Assembly: GCA_039818165.1 (NCBI GenBank)
Contig: JBCBUL010000007.1
Span: 1-32,000, forward strand
DNA length: 32,000 bases
Origin: Pseudomonadota bacterium
Lineage (GTDB): Bacteria > Pseudomonadota > Alphaproteobacteria > Caulobacterales > Hyphomonadaceae
Direction of reading: 5' to 3'
Positions 7,812-14,823 of this stretch are shown here, piece after piece. Both the position numbers and the translations under genes were made by a program. Below the pieces are notes generated by a model. That model was not told the DNA's origin and searched no databases. It saw only the letters and a program-made list of their open reading frames with translations. Numbering within the stretch: the stretch's first letter is position 1; each line of letters starts with the position of its first letter.

Positions 7812-7997
7812 TGCCGCCGTTTGAATGAAGAAGCCGTCCGCGAGGCCGTTCGCGCCGGCGCAGGGTCGCCGAAAGCGGTCCAGGCCCACCATGGCTGCCA
7901 ATTCAATTGCGGGAAATGCAAACCGGCCATGGCTGACATCGTTGCGAGTGAACAACGCCAACTGACTGAGGGCGCTATGCATGTCGCTGCTGAATAG
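7797..7997 (+). CDS. bfd: Bacterioferritin-associated ferredoxin (Bfd, [2Fe-2S])
   Basis: MIICVCRRLNEEAVREAV...HHGCQFNCGKCKPAMADIV shows the C-x-C...C-x2-C Bfd signature. It lies directly upstream of bfr. ATG 7797 is preferred to the track's TTG at 7788. Confidence 0.85.
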   Translation: MIICVCRRLNEEAVREAVRAGAGSPKAVQAHHGCQFNCGKCKPAMADIVASEQRQLTEGAMHVAAE

Positions 7998-8118
7998 CGA
8001 TTGAGACTGCAACTGCGTTTCAAATTCACAACTTCCTGTTTTAATTGGCTTTTCTATTGTCGCTCGGGGAGAGTCGGCCTAGTTCGGCCGTGTGAGCGAA
8101 CCTTTTAGGAGACCGGCC

Positions 8119-8610
8119 ATGAATGGCGATCAAGAAATTCTCGATTATCTGAATGCGGCGCTGAAAAATGAGCTGACCGCGATCAATCAGTACTTCCTGC
8201 ACTCGCGCATGCTCAAGGATTGGGGCGTCTCAATCCTCGCGGAGTATGAGTACAAGGAATCCATTGAAGAAATGGAGCATGCAGACTGGCTGATTGAGCG
8301 TATCCTCTTCCTGGGCGGACTGCCGAATTTGCAGGACCTTGGCCGTTTACGCATTGGCGAAAGCGTCAGGGAAATCCTGGAATGCGACCTTGCGCTCGAA
8401 AACGACGCCATCCCGCTGCTGCGAGACGCGATGGAAGCCAGCGAGAAAAAGCGCGACTACGTTTCCCGCGACCTGTTCGGCAAGATCCTCACCAATGAGG
8501 AGGAGCATCTGGACTATCTGGAAACCCAGTTTGAGCTCATCGACCGCGTCGGCATCGAAAACTATACGCTGTTGCAGTCTGCACCAAACGGCAGCCAGGC
8601 GCAGGACTAG
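8119..8610 (+). CDS. bfr: Bacterioferritin
   Basis: MNGDQEILDYLNAALKNELTAINQYFLHSRMLKDWG...ESIEEMEHADWLIERILFLGG...EEEHLDYLETQ carries the ferroxidase-centre residues and the haem-ligand Met context. ATG at 8119 with AGGAGA upstream. Confidence 0.95.
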   Translation: MNGDQEILDYLNAALKNELTAINQYFLHSRMLKDWGVSILAEYEYKESIEEMEHADWLIERILFLGGLPNLQDLGRLRIGESVREILECDLALENDAIPLLRDAMEASEKKRDYVSRDLFGKILTNEEEHLDYLETQFELIDRVGIENYTLLQSAPNGSQAQD

Positions 8611-8616
8611 CCTGAC

Positions 8617-8883
8617 CTAAGCAGCTCGGCGCTCATCCACAATCTCAGACAGGGTGACGCCGAGTTCGCCATCGGCGATCACCAGACGACCCCGCGCCAT
8701 AAGCCGGTCAGACACATAAATATCCACGTCGTCTCGCGTGTCGTTCTGCAGCGCCACCACATCGCCCGGCGCGAGGGCCAGCAATTCCTCAACCGGCATG
8801 CGGACGTCTCCCAGAACCACGTCGACCCGCACGGGCACATCCATCAGCTTGCGCTCGAGGGCAGGATTGGCGGCATGAGTCAT
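8617..8883 (-). CDS. fliN: Flagellar motor switch protein FliN (SpoA domain only, 88 aa)
   Basis: VPVRVDVVLGDVRMPVEELLALAPGDVVALQNDTRDDVDIYVSDRLMARGRLVIADGELGVTLSEIV matches the FliN/SpoA C-terminal domain pattern. It is the last gene of a fliF-fliG-x-fliN chain. Confidence 0.85.
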   Translation of the reverse strand: MTHAANPALERKLMDVPVRVDVVLGDVRMPVEELLALAPGDVVALQNDTRDDVDIYVSDRLMARGRLVIADGELGVTLSEIVDERRAA

Positions 8884-8907
8884 GGAATGGGGCTCCGAAA
8901 ACGCAGA

Positions 8908-9333
8908 TTACCGTCCAGATGTGTCTGTCAAAGATTTACAAGCGGCAAACAAATCGCCCTGACCATCGGCAAGGGATTGCGCCGCACGCTCGGCAACCGG
9001 AACCAACGTGGGTGGCACCTGCCCCATGCGGGCGGCAAGGTCGAGGGCGACGGCGAGCTCCGACAATTGTTCCATGGCCGCTGAAAGGCGCTCCGCAGCG
9101 CTTTCAATCCGTTTGGCTATGGCATCATCAATGGGTGCACGGGCCGCTTCTGTCGCCTGCGCCTGTAGCTGAGCGCCAAGGGCGGCGATCTCCATCACGG
9201 GCAGAGTGACGGTGTCCTCGTCGATCGAGGACGGGGCGGTCTGCACGGGAGTTTCGACAGGGGCTTTGCCCGGCGCGGAGAAATCCGAATGGAAATCAAA
9301 AGCGCGAAACTGGGTGATCTGACGCCGGCTCAT
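8908..9333 (-). CDS. Hypothetical flagellar-operon protein in the FlbE/FliH position (141 aa, Ala/Glu-rich, predicted helical)
   Basis: The call is positional only. It sits between fliG and fliN like flbE in the Caulobacter fliF operon, and its start overlaps the fliG stop (ATGA at 9330-9333). I recognised no diagnostic motif. Confidence 0.55.
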   Translation of the reverse strand: MSRRQITQFRAFDFHSDFSAPGKAPVETPVQTAPSSIDEDTVTLPVMEIAALGAQLQAQATEAARAPIDDAIAKRIESAAERLSAAMEQLSELAVALDLAARMGQVPPTLVPVAERAAQSLADGQGDLFAACKSLTDTSGR

Positions 9334-10271
9334 TCCACGAGCTCGTCATCATCGCTGGGTGTCCCCAGAAGAATATCTCCGGAGTGGATCAGCTGACGCG
9401 CGGTTTCGACAATGGCGGCACGTGCAGTCTGGACATCGGAGGCACGAATAGGCCCCATCGCCTCAATTTCCTCACGGATCAGCGCACCGGCCCGACGCGT
9501 GAGATTTGAATAGAACGCGTTGCTCACTTCAGGCGTACTGGCTTTCAGAGCTTTGATCAGCGTCTCGCGGGGCATTGCGGCGATGAGGGTCTGCATACCC
9601 GCCGCATCCAATGCGACCAGATCATCAAACGTGAACATCAGTGCGCGAACACGCTCACCCGCCCCCGGCGCAGACGCGTCGAGTTGGGTCAGAAGTCCGC
9701 TATCCTGGCACGGATCAAGTTGATCAAAAATACGCGCCAGACGGGCATGACCATCCATATCCGCGGTCGTCCCGACACGGTCCAGCGTTTGTGCCAGCGA
9801 TGTCTCAATGAGATCGCATACTGCTTTTGGTGGGCTCTTGGCATTCAGAATGCGCTTGAGAATGGCCAGGCTCACATCCTCACTCAGCATACGAACAACA
9901 CCAGCCGCCAGCTGGGGGTCCAGTTGGCTGATCAGCCACGCCGAGACTTGCGGGCTCTCCCGGCCGGCGAGGGCCGCAAGCAGAGGCGCGTGGGCTTTGG
10001 ACAACCGTCCCCAAACGCCCGGGCGCTCGGGCGTCGGTGTGTCAATTCGGGTTTTTGCGGTTTCGAGGAGAAACGCCTCGAGCGCGGAACGGTCCGCATC
10101 AGAATGATCAGTTGGCAGATGATCCATCTGCTGGTGGATGGCGCGGGTCTCCCCGGGTGTCAATTGGGCGAACACCATGTCTGCGCCAGACCCGGCTGCG
10201 CGCAGCAATTGAGCCACAGCGCGCAAACCGCCGGGATGCGATGATCCACGCAGGGCGTCGGGCGGGGTCAT
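9330..10271 (-). CDS. fliG: Flagellar motor switch protein FliG
   Basis: N domain: LRAVAQLLRAAGSGADMVFAQLTPGETRAIHQQM. Middle domain: ESPQVSAWLISQLDPQLAAGVVRMLSEDVSLAILKRI. C domain: MFTFDDLVALDAAGMQTLIAAMPRETLIKALKAS...NLTRRAGALIREEIEAMGPIRASDVQTARAAIV. ATG at 10271 overlaps the upstream stop (ATGA). Confidence 0.9.
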   Translation of the reverse strand: MTPPDALRGSSHPGGLRAVAQLLRAAGSGADMVFAQLTPGETRAIHQQMDHLPTDHSDADRSALEAFLLETAKTRIDTPTPERPGVWGRLSKAHAPLLAALAGRESPQVSAWLISQLDPQLAAGVVRMLSEDVSLAILKRILNAKSPPKAVCDLIETSLAQTLDRVGTTADMDGHARLARIFDQLDPCQDSGLLTQLDASAPGAGERVRALMFTFDDLVALDAAGMQTLIAAMPRETLIKALKASTPEVSNAFYSNLTRRAGALIREEIEAMGPIRASDVQTARAAIVETARQLIHSGDILLGTPSDDDELVE

Positions 10272-10915
10272 GTATCGATCACCCGAGACCCAAGCCAACG
10301 GCGCACAATTTGTGTCGCGCGGGCGGGATCTTCAGAAATGCGTTGGGCGATCAGATTGTGGGCGGCACTACGGTCAACCGGAGAGCTATCCTGAGGTTTA
10401 ACTGACTGCCGGAGAGACTGTTCGTTTCGAGCCGGCTGTGGCACCGGCGTCTCCACAGCCATGGCCGCGCCAATCAGTATACAAAGCGAGACGAGCGCGA
10501 ACACTTCAAGAAGCGCAGCACGATTTGGCAAGCCGCCCGTTGCACTGGCAAAGGCGACACGATCGAACGTTACGGTATCGCCAGCCACCGTATCGACAAA
10601 TACCGCTGACGTCAGAAGCTGGGTCAACGCCGCATCGCCCGGATCGGCATTGCTGGCTTGGGTATTGATCATCACCAGAAACGCCCGGCTCTCATCCGGG
10701 CGCAGCGCTTGGTGAACCTGAACCTGCCCCTGGCCCAAAACGGTTTCCAAAAGCCCGGTCAGTCTCTGTTCAAGCGGGGAAGCGCCCACCATCTGGGCAG
10801 GCGGCTGTGGATTGGAAAAGGCTGTCGCCGCGCGCAGTCCGGTCAGCCCGAGCGCCAGGACAAGCGCCAAGGCCAGCCAGACCGTGCGTCGGTTCATACT
10901 GGCGGCTGACATCAT
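10268..10915 (-). CDS. fliF: Truncated-architecture FliF-like MS-ring protein ('mini-FliF', 216 aa; 231 aa if started at 10963)
   Basis: Layout: TM1 (VWLALALVLALGLTGL), then one RBM-like unit (LEQRLTGLLETVLGQGQVQVHQAL...AFLVMIN...LTQLLTSAVFVDTVAGDTVTF), then TM2 (LLEVFALVSLCILIGAAMAV), then a cytoplasmic tail ending ISEDPARATQIVRRWLG like the FliG-binding C-terminus of FliF. Start 10915 has GGAG 7 nt upstream; alternatives are 10963, 10912 and 10897. Confidence 0.7.
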   Translation of the reverse strand: MMSAASMNRRTVWLALALVLALGLTGLRAATAFSNPQPPAQMVGASPLEQRLTGLLETVLGQGQVQVHQALRPDESRAFLVMINTQASNADPGDAALTQLLTSAVFVDTVAGDTVTFDRVAFASATGGLPNRAALLEVFALVSLCILIGAAMAVETPVPQPARNEQSLRQSVKPQDSSPVDRSAAHNLIAQRISEDPARATQIVRRWLGSRVIDT

Positions 10916-10980
10916 CGCGGCACTCCACAGCGGTGCACCGGAACGTTCCGGCGCTCGCCACAAAGCCTTAAGCCGCCACG

Positions 10981-10996
10981 GTAAATCCGCCCTTAA
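10981..10996 (-). promoter_or_regulatory. CtrA-box-like site upstream of mini-fliF
   Basis: The minus strand reads TTAA-GGGCGGA-TTTAC, an 8/9 match to TTAA-N7-TTAAC. It is centred about 74 bp upstream of the 10915 start. Confidence 0.4.
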
Positions 10997-11029
10997 TCAT
11001 CGCGACGTGTGCCCCTGCGACGACTAAAC

Positions 11030-11296
11030 CTAACGGTACTGCTGAAGGCGCGTTGCGCGCAGTCCTTTGGTGCCGTGGGCACTGTAGAGGCGTTGCCATC
11101 CGGAGAATTCTTCCTCTGACAGTCCATAGCGCTCCAGGGCGTCTTCCAACGTCAGCAATCCACCCTGCACAGCGGCCACAACTTCGGCCTTGCGGCGCGT
11201 CACCCAGCGGGTGATCGACGGAGGGGGGAGGTCATCAAGGGTGAGCGCGCGGCCGTTGGGTCCGCTGACACTCGACGAGGCATTCTGCTGTTCCAT
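11030..11296 (-). CDS. sciP: CtrA inhibitor SciP (DUF1153 family small HTH protein)
   Basis: GPNGRALTLDDLPPPSITRWVTRRKAEVVAAVQGGLLTLEDALERYGLSEEEFSGWQRLYSAHGTKGLRATRLQQYR closely follows the SciP/DUF1153 pattern as I remember it. Start at ATG 11296 (MEQQ...); the track's 21 upstream codons were rejected. Confidence 0.8.
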   Translation of the reverse strand: MEQQNASSSVSGPNGRALTLDDLPPPSITRWVTRRKAEVVAAVQGGLLTLEDALERYGLSEEEFSGWQRLYSAHGTKGLRATRLQQYR

Positions 11297-11392
11297 CTTG
11301 GTCGTCCTGCACATTCTAATGGACGGCAGGGCCATTCTGGCTCTGCTCCACGCCAGCAATACACGTCGGGCTTTAAGGCTCGGCTGAGGGAG

Positions 11393-11426
11393 ACCATGCA
11401 GTTTTCAGTAAAATTGCATGGGTTTT
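11393..11426 (+). other. 7-bp inverted repeat with T-run (orphan terminator-like hairpin or protein-binding dyad)
   Basis: CCATGCA (11393-11399), N14, TGCATGG (11414-11420), followed by GTTTTT. No + strand gene lies upstream of it. Confidence 0.3.
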
Positions 11427-11493
11427 TCATCGACACGTTTGATCTTGGGTAGGACGATGCGTATGCCCCCGCAGGTACGCAGGAGAAAAAGCC

Positions 11494-12498
11494 ATGCGAA
11501 ACAGGATCCAGCGCTGGGTATCTCCCCTGATCGGCCTGGGGATGGTGACGTTTTGTGCTTCAACAGCCTTCGCTGAGACGACCCCAGGCGTGATCTCTCT
11601 CACATCCGAAAACGACCTGTTTGGCGGCACGGATCGAAACTACTCGAATGGTATTCGCATCGAACGCGTCAGCGGCGCAGACAGGGTTTTTCCGCTTTTA
11701 CGCGAAACAGCCGAGCTGATCCCGGGACTGAATCTGGAGCGGGTCAAACTGCGCCAGGGATTCGCCCTGTCCCACGCCATCTACACACCGGAAGACATCT
11801 CAACACCGGACCCCGACCCAAATGACCGACCATATGCAGGTTGGCTGAGCGTTTCGGGCACCGTGGTCGCCAGCGATGAGGACACCCAGGATGCACTGCA
11901 GCTGAACCTCGGAATTGTCGGGCCGTCCGCGGCAGGAAAATTTGTCCAGACGAACTGGCACGAATTGATCAACGGCGTGGAGCCCGAAGGCTGGGACAGC
12001 CAGCTCAAGGACGAGCCCGGAATCGAACTGATTGTCCAAAGGCTTCAGCTATTCGATGGGCCGGACTTACCCTTCGGCCTCAAAACCGACTATGGCCTCC
12101 ACATCGGCGGCGCGCTTGGCAATGTGCGAACCTATGCGGCAGCCGGAGGAATGGCGCGGATTGGGTTCGACCTCAACGCCGACTTTGGGCCACCGCGCAT
12201 TCGTCCGGCCTTGAGCGGCGCGGGCGTCTTTCGACCTGACCAACCCCTTGGCGGATATCTCTTTGTCGGCATGGATGCGCGCGCCGTTGCCCGGGATATT
12301 TTCCTCGATGGCAACACTTTCCGCGACAGCCCATCCGTCAGTGACCGGCGCGACTTTGTCGGTGATGTCCAGGCGGGCGTAGCCTTGCACTATAAAGCGC
12401 TCCAAGTGTCGTTCACCTATGTGCACCGCACGGAGCAGTTTGTTGCCCAGGACGGTCCGCAGCGTTTCGGCGCCATATCGATCGCAATCGCCCAGTAA
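11494..12498 (+). CDS. LpxR-family (DUF2219) outer-membrane protein, putative lipid A 3-O-deacylase
   Basis: Signal peptide (VTFCASTAFA/ETT). SENDLFGGTDRNYSNGIRIE is the characteristic N-terminal motif of the LpxR/DUF2219 family. The remainder is beta-rich. Confidence 0.7.
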   Translation: MRNRIQRWVSPLIGLGMVTFCASTAFAETTPGVISLTSENDLFGGTDRNYSNGIRIERVSGADRVFPLLRETAELIPGLNLERVKLRQGFALSHAIYTPEDISTPDPDPNDRPYAGWLSVSGTVVASDEDTQDALQLNLGIVGPSAAGKFVQTNWHELINGVEPEGWDSQLKDEPGIELIVQRLQLFDGPDLPFGLKTDYGLHIGGALGNVRTYAAAGGMARIGFDLNADFGPPRIRPALSGAGVFRPDQPLGGYLFVGMDARAVARDIFLDGNTFRDSPSVSDRRDFVGDVQAGVALHYKALQVSFTYVHRTEQFVAQDGPQRFGAISIAIAQ

Positions 12499-12557
12499 AT
12501 CGAATGCGGCATGGGCGCAGATTGACAGTGTGTCACCTCTCAGTCATCACACGCGTA

Positions 12558-12724
12558 GATGGTGCGGCTGGAAACAGCCGCTAAGAGGGAAGCCGGTGGA
12601 AATCCGGCGCTGTGCCCGCAACTGTCAGCCGGGAGCTGATGGCCACAAAGCCACTGGTGTTTCCTTTGGAAACGTTGGGAAGGCGGCCAAAGGCCTGGAT
12701 CGGTGAGCCAGGAGACCTGCCATC
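12558..12724 (+). promoter_or_regulatory. Cobalamin (B12) riboswitch
   Basis: The B12-box core AGGGAAGCCGGTGGAAATCCGGCGCTGTGCCCGCAACTGTCAGCC is present. Downstream are GCCACTGG...GGGAAGGC and GAGCCAGGAGACCTGCC. P1 is GATGG (12558-62) with CCATC (12720-24). It lies upstream of a TonB-dependent receptor. Confidence 0.9.
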
Positions 12725-12879
12725 GCGTCGTTCGCTCAGGGCCCGGGACCAGGCCAGGGGAGCGAGGTTGCGATCATCGCACCTTTGAAACGACACCGTG
12801 CACGCTGCCGGAGCTTGGGGCCGGGACAGTGTGCTGAGATTGGTGTTGTGCGCTGCCGGCCCGGCGCGGAGGATATGCG

Positions 12880-14823
12880 ATGTTGAAACAATCGCTGATT
12901 TTGAGTGCTGCGACGCTGATGTTAACGGGCGTTGCAGCCGGACAAGTGACAACAGAAGCGGACGCGGACACCCCCTGCCTGACCGGAAATGAAGCCGGTT
13001 GCGAAGATTGGATTATGGTGGGCACACGCCTGCAAACGGTGACGGTGTCTGGCCTGCGTCCAGTCGCGGTCAATGATGTGACAGGTAGCCTGACGGTCTT
13101 GAGCGGTGCGGACCTGGACCTTCGCTCAGCGCCTTTTCTTGCAGACGAATTGCGCGCTGTGCCTGGGGTTGGCGTGTCGCGATCCGGCGCGCAAGGCGGG
13201 CTGACGCAAATCCGCCTGCGCGGCGCCGAAGCAAACCACACACTGCTCCTCATCGACGGTATCGAAGTGTCCGACCCAACGACGGGCGAGAGCGATTTCG
13301 GTGTGTTCGCCGGGTTGCGGCCCCAAAGCATCGAAGTGCTGCGGGGCGAACAGAGCGGGCTGTATGGCTCTGATGCCATCGGCGGAGTGATCAATGTGGT
13401 GACGGGTGAGCTGCCCGGGCCACTCGGACGGGTCGAGGTTGGCTCCCAATCCTCTTTCCGGGGAGAGGCGGGCTATGGATTCGTCTTTGACGAAGGGCAC
13501 CTCAACCTCGCAGCGACGACCTTCTCGACCGGCGGTGTCGACACATCTGGCCTCGGCGGTGAAGAGGATGGCTCGGAGCTTTCCACGGCCACGGCGTCTG
13601 GGCGGGTGGATCTGTCAGGCGACTGGACCCTGGCAGGGTTGGTACGGTTTTCAGAGGGTGAATTAGAAACCGATCCCGACACCGACTTCGACGGACGACT
13701 GAATGATGCGGACCGCGTAACCGAGAGCGAACAGCTGACCGCTGGCGTCAGCCTCGCCGGCGAAGCGTTCGGCATTGATCACCTCCTACGCGCAAGCTTC
13801 AATTCGGTTGAGCGAGACAATTTCGCCGATGGCGCGCTCTCCAACAGGTCCGAGGGTGAGCGTACCAAATTCGGCTACAGCCCGAGCATTCAGGCAGCGC
13901 TTACCGATGCGCATATCACGCTGACCGGGCTCATCGAGTACGAAAACGAGGACTATTCGGCCCGCGACACGCAGTTTGGAGGCGCAACCGATCAGGACCA
14001 GAGTTTCGAGACGCTGGGGCTGGCTGGGGACGTGCAGGCCGATTTCGATGCGCTGCAACTGTCGGCGTCCATCCGTTTCGATGACAATGATGGCCGGTTT
14101 GACGATGCCGTCACCGGCCGGATCGGCGCAGCGTTCACGACCTATGCGGCGGGGCGCTTTCGCGCAAGCATCGGGACGGGCGTGAAAAACCCGACCTTTA
14201 CCGAACTGTTCGGCTTCTTTCCGGGCAGCTTTGTCGGCAATCCGGACCTGGTGCCTGAAGAATCCACCAGTTGGGAAATTGGCTGGGATGGCGCCTTTGG
14301 CCCGCTGGACCTTTCGGCAGCCTATTTCGATGCGCAGCTGACAGATGAAATCTTCACGGACTTCAATCCGGATTTCACGGCCACAGCGCGCAACCGCGAA
14401 GGCGAAAGCGAACGCTCCGGCGTGGAACTGGGCGCACGCTGGCAGGCAACTTCGGCGTTGAGCATCGCCGGGCAAGCCACATTCACCGAGTCCAGCTCAG
14501 AGGATGGCAGCGACGAAGTCCGGGTCCCCTCCGAAACCGCGAGCCTGGCCCTCGACTACCGGCCCGCTGACTGGAAGGGCGGGCGCATTGGCGTCGCATT
14601 TGATTATGTCGGCGAGCAGGACGATTTCGATTTCGCGGCATTCCCCGCCGCCCGCGTTACGCTGGACAGTTACGTGCTTGCCAGCGCAACGCTGGAAGTG
14701 CCGATGGGTGAGCGATTGGCGTTTACCCTGCGCGGGGAAAACCTGTTCGATGAAGATGCAACCGATGTCTTCGGGTTCACCTCGCCGGGTGCGGGTCTGT
14801 TTGTTGGAATAAAGGTCCGGTAA
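12880..14823 (+). CDS. btuB: TonB-dependent outer-membrane receptor, cobalamin-type (BtuB)
   Basis: Signal peptide, then plug-domain motifs (LRAVPGVGVSRSGAQGGLTQIRLRGAEANHTLLLIDGIEVSDP, IEVLRGEQSGLYGSDAIGGVINV). 647 aa, preceded by a B12 riboswitch. Confidence 0.88.
   Translation: MLKQSLILSAATLMLTGVAAGQVTTEADADTPCLTGNEAGCEDWIMVGTRLQTVTVSGLRPVAVNDVTGSLTVLSGADLDLRSAPFLADELRAVPGVGVSRSGAQGGLTQIRLRGAEANHTLLLIDGIEVSDPTTGESDFGVFAGLRPQSIEVLRGEQSGLYGSDAIGGVINVVTGELPGPLGRVEVGSQSSFRGEAGYGFVFDEGHLNLAATTFSTGGVDTSGLGGEEDGSELSTATASGRVDLSGDWTLAGLVRFSEGELETDPDTDFDGRLNDADRVTESEQLTAGVSLAGEAFGIDHLLRASFNSVERDNFADGALSNRSEGERTKFGYSPSIQAALTDAHITLTGLIEYENEDYSARDTQFGGATDQDQSFETLGLAGDVQADFDALQLSASIRFDDNDGRFDDAVTGRIGAAFTTYAAGRFRASIGTGVKNPTFTELFGFFPGSFVGNPDLVPEESTSWEIGWDGAFGPLDLSAAYFDAQLTDEIFTDFNPDFTATARNREGESERSGVELGARWQATSALSIAGQATFTESSSEDGSDEVRVPSETASLALDYRPADWKGGRIGVAFDYVGEQDDFDFAAFPAARVTLDSYVLASATLEVPMGERLAFTLRGENLFDEDATDVFGFTSPGAGLFVGIKVR

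Noticed and set aside
7743-8029. Minus-strand ORFs 7743..8012 and 7784..8029
   Set aside because: They are antisense to bfd, whose Cys signature and position upstream of bfr are diagnostic.
10916-11029. Possibility that mini-fliF is a frameshifted fragment of a long fliF continuing upstream
   Set aside because: The sciP stop is at 11030, so at most about 38 extra codons could exist upstream. None of the frames there resembles FliF. The shortening must therefore be internal (in-frame) or ancestral, not a split gene.
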